Assembly (NCBI GenBank): GCA_019637395.1
Contig: JAHBVR010000009.1
Span: 266,412 to 330,411 of the forward strand
Source: Vulcanimicrobiota bacterium
GTDB lineage: Bacteria > Vulcanimicrobiota > Xenobia > Xenobiales > JADMJV01
DNA: 64,000 nt
Direction of reading: 5' to 3'
Part shown: positions 27,649 to 36,645 of the stretch, piece after piece
Numbering within the stretch: position 1 is the first letter of the stretch
How the letters are laid out: every line of letters begins with the position of its first letter
Notes under the pieces: model-generated
Told to the model about the DNA's origin: nothing
What the model saw: only the letters and a program-made list of their open reading frames with translations
Database searches by the model: none
Translations under genes and position numbers: made by a program

Positions 27649-30600
27649 TTAAACGGACCCGCCCGTCTTCAGCAGGTCCACCACATATTTGCCCAGCAGT
27701 TTGGTCTGGGTGGTGGAGATTTCCGCGAACTTGGCGCTGTGGGTCCAACCGATGCCGGCCTCATCGTGACGGGAGCTGATCACTTCGCAGTTGAGTTCGA
27801 GCTTGTCGTGATTGCCCAACGGACCCATATGCAACGTGAAGCGGGTGGTCGGACTCAACGGTCGGTCCACGGCCAGCAAAGCGCCGCCCAAGCCGATGTC
27901 GAGGGCGGTACCAGGGTGGCGCTCTTTGGTCTTGAGGTCAATTTCGATCGGCAGGTTGGCGGCCGCGCGCGTATATTTGCGCTGGTTGAAGACTTTCGAC
28001 TGCATGCCAATTTTGTTGAGAACAGTGATGACCCAGGATTTGCCCAACACCTCAGGTGATTCCTCGAACTGCAGACCGATGTCGAACTTACCCTCTTCAT
28101 CGCGGCTGGGACGCAACCATACAATACGGGCCGTTACGGGATCTTTGACGCGAGCTTCGGGCAGTGGATTGGAAACCTGAATCAACTGACCGCGCTGAAA
28201 GTTGCTGGCAGGCCCTTGCAGCTTGCCGCCGCCGAGGCTGATGTCGACCAGCTTCACGCTGACAGGACGGCCTTCCAGGTAGGCGCTGGTGTCGTAACTG
28301 CAAGCCAGACGAACGAGGCGGCGACGTTCCTGGGCACTCGCTCCTCCATCAAAGGAAGGCGCGGTGGCGACCGCTGCTTCCACCGCACCAGGAGGAGGCG
28401 CCGCCACCGCCTCCTCGGCAGCCACTTCTTCAATGGCCGCCTCCAGGCTGGTTTCAGACGAGGGTTGGCTGACTGGCGCTTCTTCAGTAGGAGCGACGGG
28501 CGCGGCGGTGGGCTCCGCCAGCGGTTCATCCAACCAGGAGGCGGTGGTCGGCCCGGCATCTCCGAAGAAGTCACCGCCTACGTCCATGCTCTCACCCGAG
28601 CCGACCAACAGGTCCTCGCCACTGGCGGCAGGGCTATCGATGACGGCCAGCGGCTCACTGGAAGCGAAGAAATCCTCTTCCCCCGAGACGATGGGTTGCC
28701 CTTCGAAGAGGTCGTCGGGCCCGGGCAGCTCCGCGCTGACGAATTCTGTTACCGGCTCCTCAAAGACGGGTTCCGTCACCTGCTGGTCGGGCCCCTCAAA
28801 CAAGTTCGCGGGACCGGCCAGTTCCCCGGAAACCTCGACCGCGATCGGCTCTTCCACTTCGGCCGGAGCTTCAACCGCGATCGGCTCTTCCACCTCGACC
28901 GGAGCTTCAAACGCGATCGGTTCTTCCACCTCGACCGGCGCTTCGACCGCGATCGGCTCTTCCACCTCGGCCGGAACTCCAACCGCGATCGGTTCTTCCA
29001 CCTCGGCCGGCGCTTCGACCGCGATCGGCTCTTCCACCTCGGCCGGAGCTTCAACCGTGATCGGCTCCTCCACCTCGATCGGCGCTTCGACCGCGATCGG
29101 CTCTTCCACCTCGACCGGAGCTTCGACCGCGATCGGCTCCTCCACCTCGGCAGGCGCTTCGACGGCGATCGGCTCTTCCACCTCGGCCGGAACTTCGACC
29201 GCGATCGGCTCTTCCACCTCGGCCGGAGGCTCGACCGCGATCGACTCCTCTACCTCGATCGGCGCTTCGACCGCGATCGGTTCTTCCACCTCGGCAGGAG
29301 GCTCGATCAGGATCGGCTCCTCCAGCTCAACCGGAGCCTCGGGCGCATCAACCTGCAGCGGCTCATCGATGACAACTTCTGTCATCTCGGCTTCAGGTTC
29401 GAGCAGGTCCAGATCGTCGTCGAGCGCCAGCTCGTCAAAGTCGAGATGATCCAGGTCGACGTCGGCCAGCTCACCCAGGTCGAGTTCGTCTTCGCTTACC
29501 TCGAGATCGAATGCCCCCACTTCCAGCTCATCGAGTTCCTCCAGAGCACCGAGATCGTAGTCCACCTGCGCATCCAGGAAAGGCTCCAAACCCTCTGAGT
29601 CGTCGATATCATACGCACGATCGGCCTCTGCATCAGCTACTGCCGGGGCCAACTCCAGGTCGTCTTCCAACTCGAGGTCGAGATCATCCAGGAAGGGAGC
29701 ACCCAGCTCCTCGTCCACCAGCTCGGCCTCGTCCTCGTCGAACAAGAGATTGGCGTCCAGCTCATCTAGAGCGAGCAAATCATCGCCTTCCAGGTCGAGG
29801 TTGTCATAGTCAAACTCGCCGAGCTCATCCAGGTCCAGATCGCCGACATCGAGGTCGCCAAGCTCGAACTCCTCCCCGCTGAGGTCAAGGTCGTCGAGGA
29901 GGTCGTCCTGCAGGAGCAACTCATCATCTTCGGGGATGGCCGGAAGATCCTCAGCGGTGATGTCCTGAGGTTCAAATAAGGGAGCACGGGCGGCCGGTTT
30001 TTCGGCTCGCGACAGCCAGGCCAGCGGAGCGGGCTTGGGCTGGCCGGCGGGGGACCTCCTGGTCGGCGTCTCCCCTGAACTCAAGCTGAACGGCTGGGGC
30101 TTGGGACGCCTTGGCCGGCGAACCGGAGGGCTATCGCCTCCCAGGCGCAACTCGGTGGCCGGTGGATGCGTGCGAGCCTTGCGCTCCACGCGCACCGACA
30201 GCCAGCTCGGGGTCTCGGCCGAGCCGGCGGGTTTTCTGAGTTCGAAATCAGGGGAGGAGCGTTCGCTCTCGACCGGCCGCGAGTAATAGTAGGGGACATC
30301 GTCTTCAAAGTCCTGGTCGCGATAGAGCGGACCCCGGGCGCGCACCGGCTGGTAGTCTTCGCGGGTGAACTCTTCCCGAGAACGATGGAACTTGGAAAAA
30401 TGTTGGGTTATCCGGGTGCGCGGATCGGCCGTTCGCTCAAAAGATTCTTCACTATCCGAGCGGCGGCGGCGTTCCCGGTAGATACCCGGGACATCCACGG
30501 CGGCGGAGATTTGTCCGAGCAGTCGGGCCCGTTCTTGCTCGGCTTCCCAAATCAGTTGCTCGGTGAGGCGAACCGAGCGTCCGTCCTGGCGGCGAACCTC

Positions 30601-30834
30601 CAGTTCACGCTTGAGGCTGTGGAGAATTTCTTCAACGTCCGCCAGACTCTCGCGTAAGTTCTGGAGACGGAGCAAGGCCAGCCGATCGGCGGCGTAGTTG
30701 ACCATGTCCTGCAGCCCGCTGGTCTCGCGACTGCGCCGGGCCAGTGGCGGCAAGTCAGGATCAACCGCTCCCTCAAAAGAGGAAGCAGCCTGCCGCAGCC
30801 TGCCGGGTAGGTCTGATCCTTGATACTCCGCCAT
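27649..30834 (-). CDS. Large acidic repeat protein with C-terminal tandem PilZ (c-di-GMP receptor-like) domains
   Basis: 1061 aa: coiled-coil N-domain, Pro/Arg-rich linker, about 200-aa D/E/L-rich low-complexity region, 14 copies of PAEVEEPIAVEA, then two PilZ motifs (RRRLVRL..DISLGGGKLQ and QRKYTRA..DIGLGGALLAV). Confidence 0.8.
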   Translation of the reverse strand: MAEYQGSDLPGRLRQAASSFEGAVDPDLPPLARRSRETSGLQDMVNYAADRLALLRLQNLRESLADVEEILHSLKRELEVRRQDGRSVRLTEQLIWEAEQERARLLGQISAAVDVPGIYRERRRRSDSEESFERTADPRTRITQHFSKFHRSREEFTREDYQPVRARGPLYRDQDFEDDVPYYYSRPVESERSSPDFELRKPAGSAETPSWLSVRVERKARTHPPATELRLGGDSPPVRRPRRPKPQPFSLSSGETPTRRSPAGQPKPAPLAWLSRAEKPAARAPLFEPQDITAEDLPAIPEDDELLLQDDLLDDLDLSGEEFELGDLDVGDLDLDELGEFDYDNLDLEGDDLLALDELDANLLFDEDEAELVDEELGAPFLDDLDLELEDDLELAPAVADAEADRAYDIDDSEGLEPFLDAQVDYDLGALEELDELEVGAFDLEVSEDELDLGELADVDLDHLDFDELALDDDLDLLEPEAEMTEVVIDEPLQVDAPEAPVELEEPILIEPPAEVEEPIAVEAPIEVEESIAVEPPAEVEEPIAVEVPAEVEEPIAVEAPAEVEEPIAVEAPVEVEEPIAVEAPIEVEEPITVEAPAEVEEPIAVEAPAEVEEPIAVGVPAEVEEPIAVEAPVEVEEPIAFEAPVEVEEPIAVEAPAEVEEPIAVEVSGELAGPANLFEGPDQQVTEPVFEEPVTEFVSAELPGPDDLFEGQPIVSGEEDFFASSEPLAVIDSPAASGEDLLVGSGESMDVGGDFFGDAGPTTASWLDEPLAEPTAAPVAPTEEAPVSQPSSETSLEAAIEEVAAEEAVAAPPPGAVEAAVATAPSFDGGASAQERRRLVRLACSYDTSAYLEGRPVSVKLVDISLGGGKLQGPASNFQRGQLIQVSNPLPEARVKDPVTARIVWLRPSRDEEGKFDIGLQFEESPEVLGKSWVITVLNKIGMQSKVFNQRKYTRAAANLPIEIDLKTKERHPGTALDIGLGGALLAVDRPLSPTTRFTLHMGPLGNHDKLELNCEVISSRHDEAGIGWTHSAKFAEISTTQTKLLGKYVVDLLKTGGSV
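28838..29345. repeat. 36-bp tandem repeat, about 14 copies (codes for the 12-aa PAEVEEPIAVEA units)
   Basis: Plus-strand unit ggctcttccacctcggccggagcttcgaccgcgatc reiterated with point variants. Confidence 0.85.
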
Positions 30835-30975
30835 ACGAGATGTGCGGCAACGCTACGCCATAAAAAGCAAACACCCTGGTGTTTCCAGGGGTCTCGCTAC
30901 CGCCGATATGTGACTCCAGTTCCCTTGGTGCGACCGTTCAGGATCGTCTCTCCCGAACTCTGTCAAGCTGACCTG

Positions 30976-31518
30976 CTAGGCCGAATCCAGGTCGCTAAAT
31001 TCGTTGACCACCTCACGAACTTTTCTGGGCCTGGCGGCTTCCCGGTCACGCCGGGGGGGGACTTCTCGGGAGACCTGCTCAGCCCTGCGTGGAGGCCGCT
31101 CACCGCTATAAAAACGCTCGGCACTGCCCCAACCACGCCCGCGCTCGCGACTGCGGCGACTCTCTTCCTCAGCGCGCACGGCGGCGTCGATAATGTGGTG
31201 CAGGCGCACCCGCTCCGACTCCGCCAGGCGAATGAAATTCTGAATCAGACCAAGAGGGCGTCCTTCATCGGTACGCCGCGTCTCATCATCGCGCAGGCCC
31301 CGCACGATGGCCTCCACGTCTTCCAGCGCCTCTTGTAGAGCTTCCAAGCGGAGAGTGGCCAGACGGTCTTGGGCCAGGCCCAACAACTCCTCCAACCGGG
31401 TCTCTTCCTCCACGCGAGCGTGGTAGGAATTATTATTTTCCGCTTCGAGAAAAAGCTCTTCCAACGCCTCGGCTTCAGCACGCAGGCGGGACGCTAGTTC
31501 GAAGGAGGACTCACGCAT
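30976..31518 (-). CDS. Hypothetical coiled-coil protein, paralog of the N-terminal domain of the tandem-PilZ protein
   Basis: LATLRLEALQEALEDVEAIVRGLRDDETRRTDEGRPLGLIQNFIRLAESERVRLHHIIDAAV aligns with LALLRLQNLRESLADVEEILHSLKRELEVRRQDGRSVRLTEQLIWEAEQERARLLGQISAAV in the downstream protein. Confidence 0.6.
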   Translation of the reverse strand: MRESSFELASRLRAEAEALEELFLEAENNNSYHARVEEETRLEELLGLAQDRLATLRLEALQEALEDVEAIVRGLRDDETRRTDEGRPLGLIQNFIRLAESERVRLHHIIDAAVRAEEESRRSRERGRGWGSAERFYSGERPPRRAEQVSREVPPRRDREAARPRKVREVVNEFSDLDSA

Positions 31519-31672
31519 TCCCTCGCTACCTTCTTACCTTGTCAGTCAGGACATGCCGCTGCCTCTGTTGGCTGCGGATGTCCGGCTATGATACGATGGC
31601 CCCCTGGAGGAACCTTCCATCCAGAACAAAATTTCGCATCCCAAACCCCTCAGGAGGGCTCGTTAAGAACAA

Positions 31673-31942
31673 ATGTCCCATCAACCCAACATCGAAATCT
31701 ATACCTGGCAGACCTGCCCTTATTGCCGCAGAGCGAAAGCCCTGCTTGACTCCAAAGGAGTCAGTTACCATGAGATCTCGGTCGACGGCGATGAAGCGGC
31801 CCGCGACGCCATGGCGCAGCGCACCGGTGGCAAGCGCTCCGTTCCTCAAATCTTTATCAACGGCCAACATATCGGTGGCTGCGACGACCTTCACGCTCTC
31901 GACGCCCGTGGAGGCCTCGATCCACTGCTGAAAGCCACCTGA
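31673..31942 (+). CDS. grxC: Glutaredoxin 3
   Basis: CPYC active site. Near-colinear with E. coli Grx3 (VPQIFINGQHIGGCDDLHALDARGGLDPLL). Confidence 0.85.
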   Translation: MSHQPNIEIYTWQTCPYCRRAKALLDSKGVSYHEISVDGDEAARDAMAQRTGGKRSVPQIFINGQHIGGCDDLHALDARGGLDPLLKAT

Positions 31943-31945
31943 GCG

Positions 31946-32371
31946 ATGCTGGGCGCCGCCGCTTTGTTCTTCGGATTACAGTTGCTGGCGCCCATCGTGG
32001 GCACCCTGCTGGCCTACGGGCATTGTTACCATCAGCGCCTGCAGGGAGTATCCGGTCAATACCTGGAAGGCACCCTGGCCAGGTGGGGATTCCTCACCTC
32101 GGCCGGCCTGAGCGTTCTCTTTTTCTGGTTCTGGCCCGAGGGGACCAACAACTGGACGCAGATGCCGGGGCTATCCTGGATCGCCAGGCTAACCCTGATC
32201 GATCCACCCCAATCCGACAGCAGCTACCCTCTGGTCAAGATGCTGGTTTCCCTATCGATAGGCCTTCTTGCCGGTCTGGCGGCGCGCATCCATGCCTTTG
32301 GCCTGACGCGCCGTCTGGTGCGCGAAGTTCCCCGCTTCTACCGAAATGAGGACGCCGTAGGTAAGCGCTGA
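31946..32371 (+). CDS. Hypothetical membrane protein
   Basis: 141 aa, 3-4 hydrophobic helices, directly follows grxC. Confidence 0.4.
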   Translation: MLGAAALFFGLQLLAPIVGTLLAYGHCYHQRLQGVSGQYLEGTLARWGFLTSAGLSVLFFWFWPEGTNNWTQMPGLSWIARLTLIDPPQSDSSYPLVKMLVSLSIGLLAGLAARIHAFGLTRRLVREVPRFYRNEDAVGKR

Positions 32372-32392
32372 GTCCAGGCGAAGGGGGGAACT

Positions 32393-34264
32393 ATGAGTCA
32401 GGTATCCCTTTTCCGAAAATGGCGCTCCAAAGCTTTTTCCGACCTGGTCGGACAGGAGGCAGTGGTCAAGACCCTGCGCAACGTACTGGCCGGCGGTTCT
32501 CCCGCCCGGGCCTATCTCTTTTGCGGTCCGCGCGGCACGGGTAAAACCAGCACCGCCCGTATTTTTGCCAAAGCGCTGTGCTGCGAAAACGGCCCCGCCC
32601 TGGAACCCTGTAATCACTGTTCCACCTGCCGGGAAATCGCCCAGGGCAACTGCATGGACGTCTTTGAAATCGACGCTGCCTCCAACACGCAGGTCGAGAA
32701 AATCCGCGATTTCATCGTGGACAAAGTGCACTTCGCTCCGGCCAAAGCCCGTTTCAAGGTCTATATCATCGACGAGGTGCACAAACTCTCCACCTCCTCC
32801 TTCAACGCCCTGCTCAAGACGCTGGAAGAACCTCCAGCCCACGTCGTCTTCGTGCTGGCCACCACTCATCCCCATGAATTGCTGCCGACCATCCTCTCCC
32901 GCTGCCAGCGCTACGATTTCCGGGCCTTTTCTCTGACCGAGGTAGAAGCCCACCTGCAGCACATCGCCGTCGAAGAAAAACTCGAACTCGACCCGCTGGC
33001 CCGCCAACTGCTGGCCCGGGCCGCCCAGGGTTCCATGCGCGACGCTCTGGTACTGCTCGAGCAGGCGCAGCACTACAGCGGCGGTGCCGTGCAGCCGGCC
33101 GACGTCGTGCAAATGCTGGGACTGCTGCCTCAGGATACGCTGGGGCGCTGGGTCGAGGCCCTGCGCCAGGGGGACGCGGCCCTCTTGCTGGGAGCAGTGG
33201 AGGATATGCATAGGGGCGGGCAGGATTTCGTGCGCGCTGTCGATCTCTGGGTCGACCACTTGCGGCTGATCATGCTCTCCAAAGTGGGGGCTCACGAAGC
33301 TGGTTTGAGCGAACTGCACGAAGCCTACCGCACGGCTTTGCAAAGCCAGGCGCAAAATTTGACCATGAGCCAGATTCTCAACTGGCTGCGCGCCGCCGTC
33401 GACCTGCAACAGGCCATTCGCGACGGGCAACCCCCACGCATCGCCCTGGAACTATGCCTGGTGGCCCTGTGCGCACCACCTGCTCCCGTGTCCGCAATCG
33501 CGCCCGGCGCAGCCGCCCCTGCCCCCGTAGTGGCCACTCCCGCGCTGGAAGCACTCACCCTTCAGGTGCAGGACCTGCAAGAAAAAGTAAAATCTCTGCT
33601 GACCGCTGCGCGCCCGCGTGGGGAACAGCCGCTTCCCGCGGAAAAGCAACCGGCCGAGCCGCCACGCCCGGCTGCCCGCCGGGAAACTCCACCGCCCACC
33701 CGGGCGCCGGTTGCACCGGCCGCTGAGGTTGATTTCTTAGGACCCCCGCGAGAGGAAGAACGCATTCCACCAGCCCGTTCCGCTGACGCGCCCAGCGACG
33801 ATGACTTTCTGGGTCCCCCGGCCGAAGAAAGACAGGCTCCCCCGCCCCGGCGCGAATCCCCCCGGGCGGCCCAGCGGCCTCCGGCCGAGTTGCCCAACGG
33901 GGGCAAAGCCATCACCCAGGCCCGCGATTTCTGGCCGCATTTGATCCAGAGTCTGAAAGCTCGCGACGGGCGGCTGCAGGCCATGATGAAAGACGCCCAA
34001 CTGCGTGAGTTTCAACCGGATCGCCTGGTCATCTCGTTGTCCTCGACTCTGAAGTTCCACTACGAATACATATCCCGTCAGGTCCGCCTGCTCGAAGAGG
34101 TAAGTAGCGGACTTATGCAAAGCAAGGTGCGCATTGAAGTAGTGGTGGACGGAGCGCAACAGGCGCCCGTCCAAGAACAAGAACACGAGACCCTGGTCAA
34201 GAAAGCCTCCGGCTTGTTCGGAGGTCGCATCTTGGATGCGGCGAATGACACCCAGTCGGATTAG
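32393..34264 (+). CDS. dnaX: DNA polymerase III subunits gamma/tau
   Basis: Walker A GPRGTGKTS, Zn module CNHCSTC, DExx IIDEVHKLS, Pro-rich tau linker. Confidence 0.9.
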   Translation: MSQVSLFRKWRSKAFSDLVGQEAVVKTLRNVLAGGSPARAYLFCGPRGTGKTSTARIFAKALCCENGPALEPCNHCSTCREIAQGNCMDVFEIDAASNTQVEKIRDFIVDKVHFAPAKARFKVYIIDEVHKLSTSSFNALLKTLEEPPAHVVFVLATTHPHELLPTILSRCQRYDFRAFSLTEVEAHLQHIAVEEKLELDPLARQLLARAAQGSMRDALVLLEQAQHYSGGAVQPADVVQMLGLLPQDTLGRWVEALRQGDAALLLGAVEDMHRGGQDFVRAVDLWVDHLRLIMLSKVGAHEAGLSELHEAYRTALQSQAQNLTMSQILNWLRAAVDLQQAIRDGQPPRIALELCLVALCAPPAPVSAIAPGAAAPAPVVATPALEALTLQVQDLQEKVKSLLTAARPRGEQPLPAEKQPAEPPRPAARRETPPPTRAPVAPAAEVDFLGPPREEERIPPARSADAPSDDDFLGPPAEERQAPPPRRESPRAAQRPPAELPNGGKAITQARDFWPHLIQSLKARDGRLQAMMKDAQLREFQPDRLVISLSSTLKFHYEYISRQVRLLEEVSSGLMQSKVRIEVVVDGAQQAPVQEQEHETLVKKASGLFGGRILDAANDTQSD

Positions 34265-34278
34265 GAGCAGCAGAGCCA

Positions 34279-34662
34279 ATGAGCGATACCCCGAAAATCT
34301 TAGTGGTGGACGACGATGAGCACATCCTTCGCTCACTCAGTCAGTATTTAGAGCTGGAAGACTTCAACGTAGTCAGTGCCTCGAGTGGTCCCGAAGCTCT
34401 CGCGCTCTTCGCCCAAGAAAAACCCGATTTGCTGGTTCTTGACGTGATGATGCCCGGCATGGACGGCTTCCAGGTCTTGGAAACATTACGCAAGGACCCC
34501 GAAACCGCCGGCGTGCCCGTGCTCATGCTGACGGCCCGCGACCAGCACAACGATATTCTCAAAGGCTACCAGATGGGAGCCACCTCCTATCTGGTCAAAC
34601 CCTTCAACTTGGACGAACTCGTGGAAGCCATTCGCGAGGTCTTCGCCAGCAAATCCAGTTAA
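34279..34662 (+). CDS. Single-domain response regulator (CheY-like receiver)
   Basis: ILVVDDDE, phospho-acceptor DLLVLDVMMPGMDG, LMLTAR, K in LVKPF. 127 aa. Confidence 0.85.
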   Translation: MSDTPKILVVDDDEHILRSLSQYLELEDFNVVSASSGPEALALFAQEKPDLLVLDVMMPGMDGFQVLETLRKDPETAGVPVLMLTARDQHNDILKGYQMGATSYLVKPFNLDELVEAIREVFASKSS

Positions 34663-34677
34663 TTTCAAGGAGCTGTC

Positions 34678-34998
34678 ATGCAACGTGAACTGATGCGTAA
34701 AATGCAGAAGATGCAGGAGAAGCTTACCGCTTCGATGGGTCAGATGCAGGAAGAGCTCGAGACCGTAACGGTTGAAGGCACGGCCGGCCAGGGGATGGTG
34801 AAAGCCACCGTCAACGGCCATGGCATGCTGATGTCGATCAAGATCGATCCTAAGGCGGTCGATCCTGAAGACGTGGACATGCTCGAAGACCTGGTCCTGA
34901 CCGCGGTCAAAGACGCCATCGAAAAATCCAAGTCGCTCTCCGGGGACAAGATGTCCAAACTGACCGCGGGCTTGCCGATTCCACCCGGATTCTTCTAG
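34678..34998 (+). CDS. ybaB: Nucleoid-associated protein YbaB/EbfC
   Basis: MQKMQEKL..VEGTAGQGMVKATVNGHGMLMSIKIDP..KLTAGLPIPPGF. RBS AAGGAG. Confidence 0.9.
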   Translation: MQRELMRKMQKMQEKLTASMGQMQEELETVTVEGTAGQGMVKATVNGHGMLMSIKIDPKAVDPEDVDMLEDLVLTAVKDAIEKSKSLSGDKMSKLTAGLPIPPGFF

Positions 34999-35004
34999 GT
35001 CTCG

Positions 35005-35616
35005 TTGGACTACCCCGAAGCTCTGGAAGAGTTGGTCGAGTCGCTGCAGCAGTTACCGACCATCGGACCCAAGTCAGCACAACGTTTAGCCTTCTGGCTT
35101 CTGGAAACCGCGGAGCCGAAGGCTTTGCGTTTATCTGAAGCCATTCGTAGCGCTCGCAACCAGATTCGCCCCTGCCGGCGCTGCTTCAATTATAGCGACC
35201 GGGAACTCTGCCAAATTTGCGCCGACCCTCAACGCAAGACGGGGGTGGTATGCGTGGTGGTCCAACCCAAAGACATTGTGGCCCTTGAAAAGACCCGAGA
35301 ATATCGGGGGGGCTACCACGTTTTGGGTGGGCTACTCTCCCCCTTGGACGGTATCGGGCCCGACCAGGTTCGCATCCACGAACTGCTGGAGCGAGTACGC
35401 GAAGAAGCCATAGACGAAGTCATTCTGGCTCTGGACACGACGGTGGGGGGTGAGGCGACCTGCCTCTACCTGTCCCGTCAACTCGGCCCCGAAACTTCGG
35501 TCACCAGGCTGGCCCAGGGACTGCCGGCGGGTGGCAACCTGGATTACACCGATGAAGTCACTCTGGGGCGGGCCTTGCGTGGCCGGCGCCGGGTGGAAGA
35601 TCTGAGCCCACAGTAA
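35005..35616 (+). CDS. recR: Recombination protein RecR
   Basis: HhH LPTIGPKSAQRLAF, C4 zinc finger CRRC..CQIC, Toprim domain. TTG start. Confidence 0.9.
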   Translation: MDYPEALEELVESLQQLPTIGPKSAQRLAFWLLETAEPKALRLSEAIRSARNQIRPCRRCFNYSDRELCQICADPQRKTGVVCVVVQPKDIVALEKTREYRGGYHVLGGLLSPLDGIGPDQVRIHELLERVREEAIDEVILALDTTVGGEATCLYLSRQLGPETSVTRLAQGLPAGGNLDYTDEVTLGRALRGRRRVEDLSPQ

Positions 35617-35628
35617 GGAAGGCATGAA

Positions 35629-36645
35629 ATGCGCGTCTTTGTAACGGGAGCCACGGGTTTTATCGGAAGAGAGATCGTCCGCCACCTGCAGCAGGCGGGA
35701 CACGATGTCTTCGCCCTGTGCCGCAACCCCGACGATTTGTACGTCAGCAACGTGCAAAAGGTACAGGGTGATATCCTCCAACCTCATACCTTTGAAGCCC
35801 AACTGCGCGAAGCCGAAGCCTGCGTTCACTGCGTCGGCATTCTGCGCGCCTTTCCAGAGAAAGGCATCACTTTTGAAAAACTGCATTATCAGGCCACCCT
35901 CAACCTGGTGCGAGCCTGCGGCAAAGTGGGCGCGCAACGCTTCATCCACATCAGCGCCAACGGCGTGGAGAAGCATCCCACCACCGAGTATATGCGTTCC
36001 AAAGCCAAGTCTGAACAGGCGGTCCGCTCTTCTAGCCTGGATTGGACGATTCTGCGACCCTCGGTCGTTTACGGCGGCAACCCCAACAAAGAAAACTTCG
36101 TCAAAATGCTGCGCGACAATCTTTCCAAGACCAGCCTGTTTCCCTATTTTGGCAAGGGCGAGTATTGCCTGGCGCCCATCTCCACCTGGGAACTGGCCGA
36201 AACCGTGCGCCGCTGCCTGGAGAATCGCGACAGCGTGGGCAAAGTCTACCATCTGGGTGGCGACGAGGTCTATACCTATAAGGCGCTGCTACACTTGATT
36301 TGCGAGGCGGGCGGCTACAAAACGAAGCTTTTCTCCTTGCCTCCGGTGCTGATGAGCACGGCCGCCGGCCTGCTGGGCGGCTTCAAATGGTTTCCCATGA
36401 CCACCGATATGTTGCGCATGCTGACGAGCGGCAATGACATGCCCGCCAACGCTCAGACGCAAAAGGTGCTGGAGGTTCCCAGCGTCAGCTTCCGAGGCTG
36501 GCTCCATCACGGGTTGATGGAACCGGCCGGAGCGGCCGCCTTGACCGAAAAATCCGCAGCCCGCGTCACCACTCAATTGCAGCCCGACGACGCCCCCGCC
36601 GTCAACGCTACCCAACCGCTCAACTCAGAGGACGCCCCAGCATAG
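35629..36645 (+). CDS. NAD(P)-binding atypical SDR (NmrA/epimerase-dehydratase-like)
   Basis: VFVTGATGFIGREIV Rossmann motif, 338 aa. Confidence 0.8.
   Translation: MRVFVTGATGFIGREIVRHLQQAGHDVFALCRNPDDLYVSNVQKVQGDILQPHTFEAQLREAEACVHCVGILRAFPEKGITFEKLHYQATLNLVRACGKVGAQRFIHISANGVEKHPTTEYMRSKAKSEQAVRSSSLDWTILRPSVVYGGNPNKENFVKMLRDNLSKTSLFPYFGKGEYCLAPISTWELAETVRRCLENRDSVGKVYHLGGDEVYTYKALLHLICEAGGYKTKLFSLPPVLMSTAAGLLGGFKWFPMTTDMLRMLTSGNDMPANAQTQKVLEVPSVSFRGWLHHGLMEPAGAAALTEKSAARVTTQLQPDDAPAVNATQPLNSEDAPA

Noticed and set aside
28216-29598. 460-aa and 361-aa plus-strand ORFs with DRDRLFHLGRSF / STAIGSSTSAGA repeats
   Set aside because: They are the antisense and alternate frame of the 36-bp tandem repeat. 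Periodicity comes from the repeat, not from coding. PilZ motifs fix the minus-strand frame
32252-33430. 392-aa minus ORF antisense to dnaX
   Set aside because: No motifs. dnaX frame unambiguous
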